Positions 25,091-39,009 of a stretch of DNA of 64,000 bases are shown in pieces. Source of the stretch: Octopus vulgaris (taxonomy: Eukaryota); NCBI GenBank assembly GCA_951406725.2, contig OX597822.1, positions 53,940,001-54,004,000 on the forward strand, written 5' to 3'. Below the pieces are notes generated by a model. The model searched no databases. It was not told the origin of the DNA and was given only the letters and a program-made list of their open reading frames with translations. The translations under genes and the position numbers were made by a program. Positions within the stretch are counted from its first letter, which is position 1, and each line of letters begins with the position of its first letter.

Positions 25091-25711
25091 AGCAGCAAAT
25101 AAGTTCACTGAGACTATAAGACCAACATGTAGTGGAACAGATCCGATAGAGTCTTTACGGCCTTTATCAACGGCTGCCAAAATTCCAAAGATAAGCAAGA
25201 ATGTGATGAGCATTTCCACTAACATAGCTTGTAAATCGGAAACACCCGGACCAGGAGTAAGAACCCCTAAATTTCCATGCATATTTGACGGTGTAATAAT
25301 ACGTATGTATGCCGCTCCTGTAATAGAGCCGAGCATTTGACTCATAGAGTAGAATATGCAGCGGATCCAACTTATGTCACCAATTATCGCGAAAGCCAAA
25401 CTGACGGCAGGGTTAACGTGAGCACCACTTATATGGACCAAGCTTCCGATGATGATTGCAATAAAAAAGCCTGATGAAATACAAGCAAAAAGCAATCCAT
25501 TCGGTGGGGAATTCTCATTACTCATTCCAGAAGCAACTGCGAAACAAACAAGTAAAGCGACTCCAAGAAATTCCGCCAATACTGCTTGCCAAAATGTTGG
25601 TTGTTTTACATCTTCAAGTTCTCTCATCAGGAATACTTTCCAACGCCGAGCTATATAACTTTTTTTGTAGTCAAGAGGTTTTTGTCTGTCACTATCAAAA
25701 TTCTTATTCAT
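25091..25711 (-). CDS. Aquaporin (MIP family), first coding exon, copy B (TM1-TM5, 207 codons)
   Basis: ATG at 25711. Motifs FWQAVLAEFLG, HISGAHVNPAVS, SQMLGS, EMLITF. Ends ...NLFAA followed by a GTAAGT donor (25090-25085), the same position and phase as copy A. By hand count, 49 differences in 181 aligned residues and no indels. Confidence 0.95.
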
Positions 25712-25847
25712 TTTTGTTCTAAAGATTTGAAATCAATTACGGGCGTTTAAAAATTGAAATAAAATGTTATTAAAAGCTTGAAAGATTTTGTCTATCAAAT
25801 TGATAGTAATACAACAGATGGCGTTTTCTTCTCAAAATATTTTCCCA

Positions 25848-26098
25848 TTTCAAAAACAATGTTCACTTAAAAATTAGTGACTATGAAAAATGGAATATGT
25901 CACTTACTTTTCTCTTAATCGCAGATAAATATCAACACGTGGATATCTTGATAGTTTTTGCCGCTAACACATGGGATTTTATCGCTGCGACAACCTATTT
26001 ATTTACTGGCTATACGAGCTTTACAAAGCTTTAAACAGGTTTTCTTTCAGCTACTAAATAAATTTCACAGCGTCTGAGTCAAGTAGAGCTAATCAACG
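25848..26098 (-). promoter_or_regulatory. Putative promoter/5' UTR of aquaporin exon B
   Basis: tgttcactta...tatgaa...tcactt (25848-25910), tttatttactggc (25998-26010), agctaatcaacg (26087-26098). Same order and similar spacing as upstream of exon A. Confidence 0.5.
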
Positions 26099-27971
26099 TA
26101 ATTCTATTTATCTGTCTGTCTTTCTGTCTTCACACGCACACACGCACGCACTCACGCTTGCATGCATGCATGCATACACACATACATACGTACATACATA
26201 CATACATACATACGTACGTACGTACGTACGTACATATGTAGTGGCTATGGTTTAGTTTTACGTCGGGTTAGTGAAGCGATAAGCTGTAGCCGTCTACCAA
26301 ATGTTGAGTGCGGGATGCGGACAAAAGACCCTAAGGACAAAAGCTTCACGGACAAAACTTGTTGCAGTCATTAGACTGTGGCCATGCTGGGGCACCATCT
26401 TGAGGAATTTTTAGTCGAATGTATCAACCCCAGAATTTTTTAAAATGATTTTCAATCAGCACATGAAGTTAAGCCTAGAGGATCGCTCCACATGCTAGAA
26501 ATAACAGCCAAATCTCTTGAAATTTTTTTATAACCCCCTCGGTTATATTTTTTGGCTATTCTTCGATTTTTAAAAATTTTCTGAAAATCTTTTTACTTGT
26601 TTCAGTCATTGGACTACGGCCATGATGGGGCACCGCCTTGAAGGTCTCTCCACATGCTAGAAATAACAGTCATATTTTAACAATTTTTTGAATAATTTTA
26701 CGCAAACAAAAACAGAAATCGTGGTTGTAAAAGAAAAAAAAAAGAAAACTTTTATTTTCCAAAATTCCAATTTTTAAGTAAACAAAATATATTCAATCGA
26801 AAATAAATAAGTAGAATAGAATAAAAGAACACAAGACTCTTTCCTACTCAATGTAACTTATGATTGATTGATTGATTCTAGTTTCAGCTCACGAGCTGTG
26901 GCCATGCTGGGGCACCGCCATTTGTCTGAATTCTAACAAAAGGGAAAGCATTTACTTCAAGAAATGTGTCGAAACATAAAAAAACAATAAGAAGTACGTT
27001 TGAACGACTAGTGTTCGGCGCCAGACCTTCAACAGAAAGTTCAAAAGGTCAGCTCATTCTCATTACTCTGTAAGTGCTGAGAGAAGAAAACAAAAGACTT
27101 TAAATTTAAATTTTAAAATGCTAATTTTTCTACGACTACAAATTCTTCAAGGCGGTGCCCCAGCATGGCCGCATTCTAATAACGGCAACAAGAAAAAGGC
27201 GAAAAAAAAAAAAAAACAAAACGAAAAAAAAACAAGAAAAACCAAACAAACAAACAGAAAAAAATAACCGAAAAATATAACTGTAGGCAACGCTAATTGA
27301 AACATATACGCAAGCCCACAAAATATTCCTTGGTAGTCAACGACAGTTATCTCTCCTGATCGAACATTCTAGAATATTCCAGAAAATTGCAGGCGAACAT
27401 AATTAACTCTCCCTTTGCTAATTTACTACGCATAACATCAAAATAACATGCAGGAGGTCGCTGCAGCATTCCCGCTTAAATCGGTCTCTCTTCTCTAACT
27501 GCTTCTCTGAGAAGCGATCTAGAGAAAGCCAGGCACATGAATTCGATATATGATTTCCTACCAACAGCTCGCCATGGTATTCTACGTCTATTCCCTGTGA
27601 GAAGTAAATCACGTAACTTGATTTATTTCTATTTTCTCAGAATCACCATGGAACATGGCAAGTTGTTCAAAACCTTTCTTCTTCCCAGAAATCTTTATTG
27701 AACATTGTATACTCACTGTACGTGTTCATTTATCAGATGTCGGAATAAAATCTTGAACATGAAGCTATTCACACAGAATGAGTTTTATTGTCTTTTACTG
27801 CACAGAAGTATTTAATGTAAAGTATCATGGATAACCACATTGGGGAGGAGGTGTTACTGTAGCTTTATAGCCCCAAGAGATCTTCGTCTCTAGCTGGCTC
27901 TAGACACAATATCTGTGTCCTTGGAGTATTTGCAAAGGAGGCCATCCCTTCCTCGCAAGCCTGAGTGATAC

Positions 27972-28012
27972 GCTCGAACTAGTTTCGGGATTGTTGTCCC
28001 TCGTCAACGGGC
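27972..28012 (-). ncRNA. Minimal hammerhead motif (C3U core variant) in a probable Penelope LTR
   Basis: GCCCG-TTGACGA-GGGA-caacaa-TCCC-GAAA-CTAG-TT-CGAGC. Stem III is the palindrome ACTAGT; stem I pairs 4/5. Confidence 0.65.
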
Positions 28013-28429
28013 GGTAACCACCAGGTAGCGATGAAAGTGAAGGCTCCTTTGCAAATAGATATAAGTTTTTCTAATGGCGTCTGCCACTGATGTCGAAAAC
28101 CGAACAGTAAGCATAATTAAATCTCAGAATGAGATTGAAACAGTAATCGCTCGATAATGTAAAGTATAGAAGCCATCTTATCATGGCTAACCACGTTTGG
28201 ATTAATGATTCAGACCAGTTATTAAAGTGTTGAAGTTTTTATTACTGACTTCCCACGCCAAATAACCGAAGGGCTTTTGTTCACGTTAATACTTTAACTA
28301 TGGGGGTTTTTCCTGAGGGGCTTTTGTCCTAGGTGACTTTTGTCTTACACTAGTTCAGTGTAGATGTAACGCTTGTTGATGTGAGGTGCTCACGACGGAG
28401 ATAGCAGTGAAGAACATCGAAGAATAACA

Positions 28430-28945
28430 TCGAAAAGGAAGGAATATTACATCCTTTATTTGCTCGGTAAGAGGTTAGTAGTTAGTAAGACAGTAATAAC
28501 TATACATAGTTTACACGAAATAAGGGTTCTTTCTGTCGTGTGAAAGATGCGTTCTGTTGGTAGAGAAAGAAAGAGTAGGGAATGCACGGTACTGACAAGA
28601 GAGGAAGAAAGGATAAAGGTGGCATCGTCCCTTCTTGATTTTGGCCGAACTGCCCTTCGCATGGCGACTGAAGGACGAAGAGAAGTGCTGTTCCTGGTCA
28701 TGGCTGACAAAAAAGAGGGCGGGCGAGAAACGAAAAGGTCTCTGTTATGTCGACTATGCTAGGATGTAGGTCAAATTCTAAACAAAAGACTGAGTTTTCT
28801 GAGACAGCAAGGTCCTACGAGGACATTAATCGACCGGTGTGGAGATGTAAACACAAAAGATGACACTTGTTTGACAAACAACAAGTGTGTGGATTTGGTT
28901 TCGAATCTGAGGCAGGCAGGGTTAAACGAGGTCCTATTCATATAT
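28430..28945 (-). pseudogene. Possible highly decayed gypsy gag fragment
   Basis: Remnants resembling LPxF...PxLWFxxxExxF (STHLLFVKQVSSF) and VxDI/RDL..PP, read across frameshifts. Confidence 0.35.
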
Positions 28946-28947
28946 AA

Positions 28948-29033
<86 letters not shown>

Positions 29034-29298
29034 TCGAGAACTACCCAACCAATTTCATTCCAATTTTACACAAACACTACTTACGGTCCATGGAGTGTCA
29101 TGGGCCCCAAAATTTTCAACTTCTTGCCTAATGCGAGCCCAGTTCAATCTCTGACGGTTTCGGTATTACGGATCAAAAGTGAAAAAATAACATCTCTATT
29201 GTAATGTGAGATAATAGTTTCAGTTTTAAAAGTTTCACTATTAATAATTTTACTATGTATATAATATATACGCCATGAAAATATATAATATATACATC

Positions 29299-29363
<65 letters not shown>

Positions 29364-29445
29364 CAAGGTAAAGTTGTAAGGAACCGCACGAGTGGAAATA
29401 TATATGAAAGAAGGTTTGAATATGCACTTTTAAAGATGTTTATTC

Positions 29446-29487
29446 ACTTGACCGGTTTCACTTTTTTAGAAAAAGATTGTCAAAAGT
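29446..29487 (-). ncRNA. Degenerate hammerhead-like motif
   Basis: ACTT-TTGACAA-[U/A-rich stem]-GAAA-CCGG-TC-AAGT. Stems I and III and the GUC site are intact; the core deviates at two positions. Lies between (TA)n tracts. Confidence 0.5.
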
Positions 29488-29676
29488 AAAATGCAAAGCT
29501 TTGTATGAGCTTTGTTGTGTTAAGTACTGGTTGTCACAAAAGTATTAAAATACAGGTATACATTCTTTGATAATAATAAGAAAATGTTAAAGTCAGCTTA
29601 CAAGAAAGTATTTAAGAAAGTAATCAGAACGGGATTCCAGAAAGTAGAGTCCAATAAAAATCATGTTTGTTTGGTA

Positions 29677-29759
<83 letters not shown>

Positions 29760-30354
29760 AGGAGATATATTTAAGAATTTACAAAAAATTGCAGAAGAAT
29801 TAACTGACCTTTCTGACATTTTCACTTGTGTTTAGCTAAGGAATCTTTCCTATCTTAAGGGACAGTGTGGGAGGTTGGTTGGGGATGGGAGGAGGTAGAA
29901 CAAAAGGGATTTTTTTGTTTCTGGGCTTGTCTGTCATGGTTCAGTGGTTTTTGGGACTGGTCTTAGAGGTCAGAATGGTGTGAGTGTGTGTGTGTCTCTG
30001 CGCACGTCTCAATGTGTGTGTGTATATATACATGTGCTTGTGTTTTATATTTGGTAGGATGGTGTGAGTATATGTGTGCACGATTGTGTGTGTATGTATG
30101 TCTGTGATTAGTATTTGCCAGGGTGTTGTGTGTGTGCATGTGTGTGGATGTATTTGTTCGCATGTGTGTATTGCTTTGGTGGGGATGTTATGTGTGTGTA
30201 TGTGAGTGTGTGTACACGTGAGTGTGTGTGTACGTGAATGTGTGTGTACGTGTGTGTGTGTCTGTCTGAGTATGTATGTGTGTTGTTATAATTGTCCTGG
30301 TGGTGTGTGTGTATGTGTGTGAATAGTATTTGTCTGGGTGTTGTGTATGCGCAT

Positions 30355-30417
<63 letters not shown>

Positions 30418-30517
30418 ATTTGTGAGTGATTTGTTTTGTTTGTATTGTTAGTGCATATATTTATATTTTCGTTCGTCACTCGTTTATTACTGTTCTTATT
30501 TTAACTCATGTCCATTG

Positions 30518-30560
30518 TTTCGAAATCTTTCGACACACATCTGTGACCTCTTCAGCGACA
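30518..30560 (-). ncRNA. Degenerate hammerhead motif
   Basis: TGTCG-CTGAAGA-GGTCACA-gatg-TGTGTC-GAAA-GATTT-CGAAA. A homologous, more decayed copy is on + at 44652-44694 (CTGATGAGGCCACAGGATGTGTG). Confidence 0.5.
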
Positions 30561-30689
30561 TTTTCCGTCCTCGTGTGTGCTCCTGGTCCACTTAGTCCAC
30601 ACACGCGCACACTCACACATATACATTCATACATACATACATACATACATACATACATACATACATACATACATACATACATACATACA

Positions 30690-30718
<29 letters not shown>

Positions 30719-30720
<2 letters not shown>

Positions 30721-30980
30721 TATGGCTGCCCCCTCGTTATCGAGTATGGCCATTGCACGAAGCTTAATTGTTACTGGTGCTGTGATCGAATGTGACTTTT
30801 TAGCCCAGCTAAAGATCTACAATGTCTTGTACAAAATTGGCAACTAAAACCTTTACTGGTAATAGCCTGCTGTAGTTGTAACTGGGCTTCATGTACCTTT
30901 GCATGTCGTTTAAGTCCTCCTGCCGAATTACACTCTCTTCCACATGCCCGACAGATATGATTAGTATGGTGTGTTACACC
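30719..30980 (-). mobile_element. RTE-like LINE 3' end encoding two C2H2 zinc fingers
   Basis: CRACGRECNSAGGLKRHAKVH and CQFCTRHCRSLAGLKSHIRSQH, a stop, a short UTR with a CTCG..CGAG hairpin, then a (TATG)n tail. (TACA)n lies on both sides. Confidence 0.7.
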
Positions 30981-31031
30981 ACATACATACATACATACAT
31001 ACATACATACATACATACATACATACATACA

Positions 31032-31065
<34 letters not shown>

Positions 31066-31662
31066 CGCATGTATGTATGTGTATCTATAAATATATTCAC
31101 ATTAGTGTTCCCGTTGCGCCAAAAATAACGACAGTTTTATAAATGGTAGGAAATGTTACTTCTATTGAAAGTAGTGGGCGAATCCTTTGATAGACGTATA
31201 AATGTCTTACTCAAATACTTTTTAGCAGTGAAATGTAAGTTGTATGGTACGGTGACACAAGATCAGTTTAAGTGAATGCTATTTAAAACGTAAGACAATC
31301 GCACCTAGATTGTGTTCTCGAAATTGATCTGCAAGGTGTCGGTTTGTTTACCCAGTATAGAGTGTCACAAAGCTTGCAGATGGCTGGAACATGGGCAACA
31401 GAAGTTCTGGATAATATGATATCGTGACTTCGGCCCGGTGATGGTCGTAGTCTTGTTAATTTTTGGGGGGGAAAAGTGTTGTATCGTTGGCGAGCATACT
31501 TAAAAAAGTTTTTGGTTGTGTGGGGCTGCCGAGGCTCTCATCTTTATTGAAGGTGAGGAGAGATATTGCGGGAAAGATCGGAGTGGTAGTAGTAGGACCA
31601 GAAAGTAGAATTCGGAAGTTGTGGAGGAGTTTGTCTTTCATTGTAGCAGGACGGACGGCTGG

Positions 31663-31726
<64 letters not shown>

Positions 31727-31728
<2 letters not shown>

Positions 31729-31914
31729 CGGAAAGACCAGGAGTGGTGGAAGTAAACCTTCGGGGTTAAATGCTTACACTGGAACCCGTGTCCATCATAA
31801 AGGACTTTGAAGAAATAGCATCTCGGATAAAAAAAATGCACGGTAAGGGGGAGACAACTGACGTGCCCAGCACCTCCCTACCTAGTTTCCCTGAGAAGAG
31901 TTAGAGCAGGGCTG
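31727..31914 (-). mobile_element. Isolated copy of the gypsy gag-end/protease segment
   Basis: Nearly identical to about 16180-16378, and flanked on both sides by (GA)n. Confidence 0.9.
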
Positions 31915-31923
31915 AGAGAGAGA

Positions 31924-31982
<59 letters not shown>

Positions 31983-32293
31983 ATATATATATATATAGAG
32001 AGAAATATAGAGAGAGGGAGAGAGAGAGAGAGAAAGAGAAAAAGAGAGAGAGGGTGGTGGTGAAGAGAGAGCGTGGAATGTGGTCTGTAGGTTTGAATAA
32101 TGAGAATAGGAGAGCAGTAGCGCAGTCACTAGCCTGGGTTCGGTGGAGTGCAGGGTGCACAGCTGATCGAAGGCACCCCACTCTGGAGTCAGGAAGAAGC
32201 ATCATATTCTCTCACATAATTACTGCAGAATCAGAGGAATTAGATAGATGTTCATTGCTCTATTACACGTGTTAAATCGCTAGATAAATAAAT

Positions 32294-32327
<34 letters not shown>

Positions 32328-32644
32328 GGTGTCAAACAAACGCTACTGGCACGTGCACACATACACATATATACGAATGGTAATAGTATGTGCACATTTA
32401 CACATAAACAACTAATTATCATCTGTGTATGTGTGTGTGTGTGTGTGTGTGCGCCAATAACGTTCGTATGTGTGTATATGTGTGCACGTCTTGTAGCGTT
32501 CTTTTGAATTTCTCTATTTCTCTTTTTCTCTCTCTCTCTCTTTATCGCACACACCCTTTTACCATCACTTTTCCACAACGAAACATATTTTTTACGCCAC
32601 GAGAATCTATCGGAGGCACTTTGATATAATGGACGGATACATTA

Positions 32645-33169
32645 GGGGAAAAACCGGGGAAAGATGGACCACTGGCGTAAAACGGACCAGCCCCATTTTA
32701 GACGTCTAAATGGGACTTAACCCTCGCGAACGCTTTCTAATTCAAAGTTACCTCCCTTTGATCTCACATCCCCCCCAAAATTTCATTTTGACGGCAGTTT
32801 TCACGACACAGGAAGAAAGATACTGAAATTCAAGTCTCCATTTTAAGTATTACTTTCAAATATATTATGTTAACGAAACGAATACCAACACCTTAGGTAA
32901 GTATGGCCTATCATGTTTTTAAGCATTTTAAATGTCAATGTTTAAGCAGCAATAACCTTGATTTTTTCCTTTGGTTTGGATGCAGAGCAGACATTTTTTT
33001 GTTGTAACCTGAATGGGGCAAAACGGACCAGAGGGTGTTAGAGCAAAACGGACCAGAGGGTGTTAGAGCAAAACGGTCCACTGTCCCGTTTCCCCCCAAA
33101 TGTATGTATGTTATTTGTGCGCGTGTGTGCGTATGTGTTTGTGTTTGTGTATGTATGCACATGCGTGTG

Positions 33170-33216
<47 letters not shown>

Positions 33217-35575
33217 ATGTGTGTGTATGTGAGTTTGTTTGTATGGGTGTATGTGTATGCAAATGCGAGTATGTGCACGTGTGTTTTTGTATGTGTGTAT
33301 GCATGTGTGTGCATGTGTGTGTCTGTGTGTGTGTGCAGGGGTGTGAGCGCCGGTGTTTGTTTGGGTGTGAACGCGCATGAGTTTTATCTCACTTTTTTTC
33401 ATCCCATTTTGTTTATTATTTTCAGATGGTGAGAAATTACATTCGTAAAACTGGAAGAGGCTCTTGGACTCTAGATAACATACAGGCAGCCATGCAATCT
33501 GTCCGACAAGTAAGTCCTCTTCGCCAGGCAGCAAAGCAACATGAAGTCCCCAAGACAACCCTGAAGAGACACCTGGAAGGCAAAGTGTTTCTCCTGGCCA
33601 GATTTCTTTAGGGCATTTTTTGCCAACGCTAAAGAATTTTGAGGAGGAACTACTAGAGCACAGCGTCTACCTGAAACGAACATTTTATGGTCTCACTTCA
33701 AGAGGTTGGCGTTCCTTATCTTTTGAGGTTGTTGAGACCAACAAGGTCCCCCATAAATTCAATAAAGAAAAAGAAGCCGAAGCAGACTGGCTGGTTTGTT
33801 TTTTAAAGCGTCACCTAACACTGAACCTGCGCACAGCTCAGTGAACGAGTGTTGGTCGTGCTGCAGTATTCAACAGGGCTCAGGTTGGTAGATTTTTCGA
33901 TGTTATAAAAGAAGTCTACCAGCAACTGATCGGATTTTCAACATGGATGAAACAGGTCTGTTCTCAATGCAGAGAGTTCCAAAAGTCATCTCACTGAAGG
34001 GAACGAAGCATATTGGACGAATTGTTAGTGCTGAGAAAGGACGAACTGTGACGCCCGTATTTATCTTCAAGAGGAAGCGCATAGCCGACCTACTGCTTCA
34101 TGGAGCATCAGAAGGTTCAGTTGCTTATGGAAGCGAAAATGGATGGATTGACCAGGAAACATTTTCTAAGTGGCTACGCCATTTCATTCAACATACAAAC
34201 CCATCTGTTGAGAAAAAAGTACTCCTCCTTTTGGACAATCACATCAGCCACATTAACTTGGAAGCAATTGAGCTTGATCGCAATCATGGTGTAGTCATGG
34301 TATCAATTCCACCTCATATCAGCCACAAGCTTCATCCCTTAGACAGGACCTTTTTTGTGCCCCTCCAAATCCTTTTATCACCAGGAAGTTGACAAGTGGA
34401 TCATCAATCACACAGGTCAGCGAGAGATGACTTCAAAGTTACTGCTTTTTGTTTAGCAGGCCTTCATACGAGCTGCAACAGTTCAGAATGCTTGCAGTGG
34501 ATCTCGTTGCACTGGGATCTGGCCATACAATTCGGATGTTTGGTAATGTCGATTTCATTTCGGTAGAAGTCACTGAAATTGCTAATCCTAAAGAAGCCCA
34601 GCACCATCACAGGAACAGCCACAAGTAGATCTTGTGCCCTCCCTGTCTATCTGTCAAAGGTGCAGATGGATGCAAAAGTCAAGAAGACACTGAGGTAGTC
34701 CTATACAATTCAACACAACAAAGAATCCCCGTTGTTTCCTTGTCGCCTGTTCCATGAACTCAGGCTACAGCAAGAAAAAGAAAAGCTCAAACTTCAGAGT
34801 GCCTCACCAGTTTACCCTTTAAAGACTCTCTCTCAGCTAAAGCCATGAAAAAACCAACAACTAAACCTACAGCAAGGAGAAATGCCCTGGAAGTGTGATG
34901 AAGACACCAGCCTGCACATCAAAAACAACAAACAAGGAGTTCCATTGCATTTTCTGTGACGAACTTTATCAAGAGCCCACGACAGAATATTGGATTGAAT
35001 GCTAGCTGTGCAGAGAATGGGGACATGAAAAGTGTGCTGGGGTTGAATTTGACGACGTTACATTCATTTGTGAAATTTGTGTTCCCTAATCAGTTACCTT
35101 GTTGACCAGTCACATTGAGCACTATTTCTGTGTCTTTATAAAAACAAACAAAACCATGAATCTTCAGGGGTAGGATGGGTCTGCAAACAGAGAATAGGAA
35201 ACTATTATTTCTCATGATCATAGTTTACTTTTCATTTCTGTCATTTTCAGTTGTTTTATGAATAAAAGATGTATTCCAGTATAATACACACGAGTATGTA
35301 TTTGAATATGGCAAAATTTAATAAACATTCTTATGGGGCAAAACGGTCCAACGTGGACCTTTTTGCCCCAGTGCTGGGACAAAACGGACCTTGTCTAATA
35401 AAGATTTCTTTTGCACATATCTATGCAAGATTTTTTTTTACCAATTAATCATACTACACAGAAACATATGAATGGCTATTCTCTAATCACATAACAATTT
35501 ACATTAAGATATGTGCATTTTTGACGGAAATATCGAACTTTTCTCATAGGGGTCTGTTTTGCCCCGTCTTCAATT
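32645..35575 (+). mobile_element. pogo-like DD35D DNA transposon, full length but decayed
   Basis: TA-flanked degenerate TIRs. About 10 subterminal GGGGCAAAACGGACC-like motifs in both orientations. Internal transposase pseudogene. AATAAA at 35261. Confidence 0.85.
33426..35089 (+). pseudogene. Transposase pseudogene: psq-HTH, CENP-B HTH, DDE_1 (DD35D), C-terminal PHD finger
   Basis: MVRNYIRKT...LRQAAKQHEVPKTTL; FYGLT; WLVCFLKRH; FNMDETG; LLLDNHISH-(35 aa spacing)-HPLD; CIFC...WIEC*LCREWGHEKC...FICEIC. Several stops and frameshifts. Confidence 0.9.
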
Positions 35576-36501
35576 TACCGTGTGTATTTACCATACGCAA
35601 CTCTATAACTCATGTGCATTCTTAATGTGATCATCAGCTTTTTTGTATGGTGTGCATACATTATCGAAACAGCATTCTCCACTTGACTAACATATGTTGT
35701 AAATATGATCATCTGTATTTTGAAGAAGATAGGTATAAAATGTGCGGTATGTATCAAGTTTCAGACTACGGTATGAATCAGACTTTGCAAGTTAATTAAA
35801 CAAACATTTTTATTGCGGTCATCTGGTCTTTTTAATACGACAAATATCTAACACACATTTCACTTTGTATATGTATCAGCATAAATTAAAGATGCCTACT
35901 TGACTTATTTTCTAAGCGTAGCAGAACCATATATTAAATAAGACAGACAGAAAGTACACAATTGTAAATATGGATGCGATACCACAACTCAATCCACAAA
36001 ACTACAGCAATACGATTTTATGAATAAAATACATATATGAATGCACAGAGCGTATATACGAAGCTGATACAGACTTCAAGAAAAGGTAGATATAAAATGT
36101 ACAGTTTGAAAGCATCAGCTGCGGACATCCAATGTTTTTTTGAATAGCAATAGATATAAAATATATGCTGCGTATGTAAGTGTATGAAAGACACTTAATC
36201 ATCCATCTTGTGTGCATTCGGATTGCGCTCATCTGGTAATTTTGATAGCCGAGATATAATGGACTGTGTCTAATCCTCATTTGATAGCCTTTACTAATAT
36301 TTAATAGCCTTCACCAACTCACATTCATTCTAACAAGCGGTCTTTTGAAGAGGATAGCTATAAAATATAGTTTCTATGAATTAGCCTCAATCAGAATACC
36401 GTTCAGCTTACATTCTGCGGTCAAAGGAAATATATAAAAATTACATTGCTTAAAAATATATTGAGTGAACTATAATCTGTCATTATAGAACAGAGTAAGA
36501 A

Positions 36502-37050
36502 GGCGGCGGGCTGGCAGAAACGTTAGCACGCCGGGCGAAATGCGTAGCCGTATTTCATCTGAGTTCAAATTCCGCCGAGGTCGACTTTGCCTTTCATCCT
36601 TTCGGGGACGATAAATTAAGTACCAGTTACGCACTGGGGTCGATATAATCGACTTAAACCGTTTGTCTGTCCTTGTTTGTCCTCTCTGTGTTTAGCCCCT
36701 TTGTGGGTAGTAAAGAAATAGGTATTTCGTCTGCCGCTACGTTCTGGGTTCAAATTCCGCCGAGGTCGACTTTGTTTTTCATCCTTTCGGGGTCGATAAA
36801 TTAAGTACCAGTTGCATACTCGAGTCGATTAAACGACTGCACCCCGCTCCCCCAAAATTTCGGGCCTTGTGCTTAGAGCACAAAAGATTGTAGAACAGAG
36901 TAAGGAGGCGAGCAGGCAGAATCGTTAGCATGTCGGGTAAAATGCTAAGCGGCATTTCGTCCATCGCTATGTTCTGAGTTCAAATTCCGCTGATGTTGAC
37001 ATTACCTTTCGCGGTTGGTAAAATAAGTACCAGTTAAGTACTGAGGTCGA
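36502..37050 (+). mobile_element. Tandem/nested family-B SINEs
   Basis: Head ggcggcgggctggcagaaacgttagcacgcc, repeated core, duplicated flank tagaacagagtaag. Confidence 0.8.
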
Positions 37051-37214
37051 TATTTTGTAGCAAGTACAATACATATTTCGTCAAATGGTGAATAAAACCC
37101 GGAAAAGATAGTTTCATTTTATGTTTGTGTCAGTTTGAATTAGATTTCAACAGACAATTAATGCACCTTCTAATTGCAATCATTTGCTATTTCAAAACGG
37201 GGAGATAATATATT

Positions 37215-37611
37215 CTTTTCTACTCCGGGAACAAGGCCCGAAATTTTTGGGGAGGGGGTCAGTCGATTAGATCGATCCCAGTACGCAACGGGTACATAAT
37301 TTATCGATCCCGAAAGGGATGAAAGGCAAAGTCGTCCTCGAAGGAATTTGAACTCAAAATATAAAGACAGATGAAATACCTATTTCTTTACTACCCACAA
37401 GGGGCTAAACATAGAGGAGACAAACAAGGACAGACAGACGGATTAAGTCGATTATATCGACCCCAGTGCGTAACTGGTACTTAATTTATCGACCCAGAAA
37501 GGATGAAATGCAAAGTCGACCTCGGCGGAATTTGAACTCAGAACGTAACGGCAGACGAAATACCGCTAAGCATTACGCCCGGCGTGCTAACGTTTCTGCC
37601 AGCTCGCCGCT
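37215..37611 (-). mobile_element. Family-B SINE dimer
   Basis: Flanked by ggggagataatatatt / ggggagatgctatatt. Confidence 0.8.
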
Positions 37612-38002
37612 TTAGGGGAGATGCTATATTAAAATAGACAAATATGTCTCAGCCGGAATCAGACTTCTCTCAAATAGCATGTTATAAATTGTCATATAAT
37701 ATTTTGAATATGGCATGTATAAAAATGTGTGTATGTCTAACACTGAATATAACTAATGGGAAACAAGAGAAAATTTTTTGAACCAGGCGGTCTAACTATA
37801 CTGCCCTCTTCATTTCACGAAATTCCACGTAATATTCATCAGTAGTTTCAAGATATGCCCAAACAGTAGAATGAAACTGGAAAATCGCCCAGATATAATT
37901 GTAAGGGTTTATAATGCTTCAAGGAGAGATACGTACCTATTAGTCTAACTTTGATGTGATTGTTCAACTAACATAATTTTTAACTGCCTTCATCTGGTCT
38001 TT

Positions 38003-39009
<1,007 letters not shown>

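Noticed and set aside
28895-28945. Minus-strand SFNPA as the missing second aquaporin NPA exon
   Set aside because: It is followed by CLRFET rather than RSFGPA, has no preceding xGxS, no acceptor and no HW/donor 27 codons on. The context looks like decayed gag.
30771-30980. C2H2 zinc-finger host gene exon
   Set aside because: No TGEKP linkers, and it has an RTE-type 3' UTR hairpin and microsatellite tail. Better explained as a LINE end.
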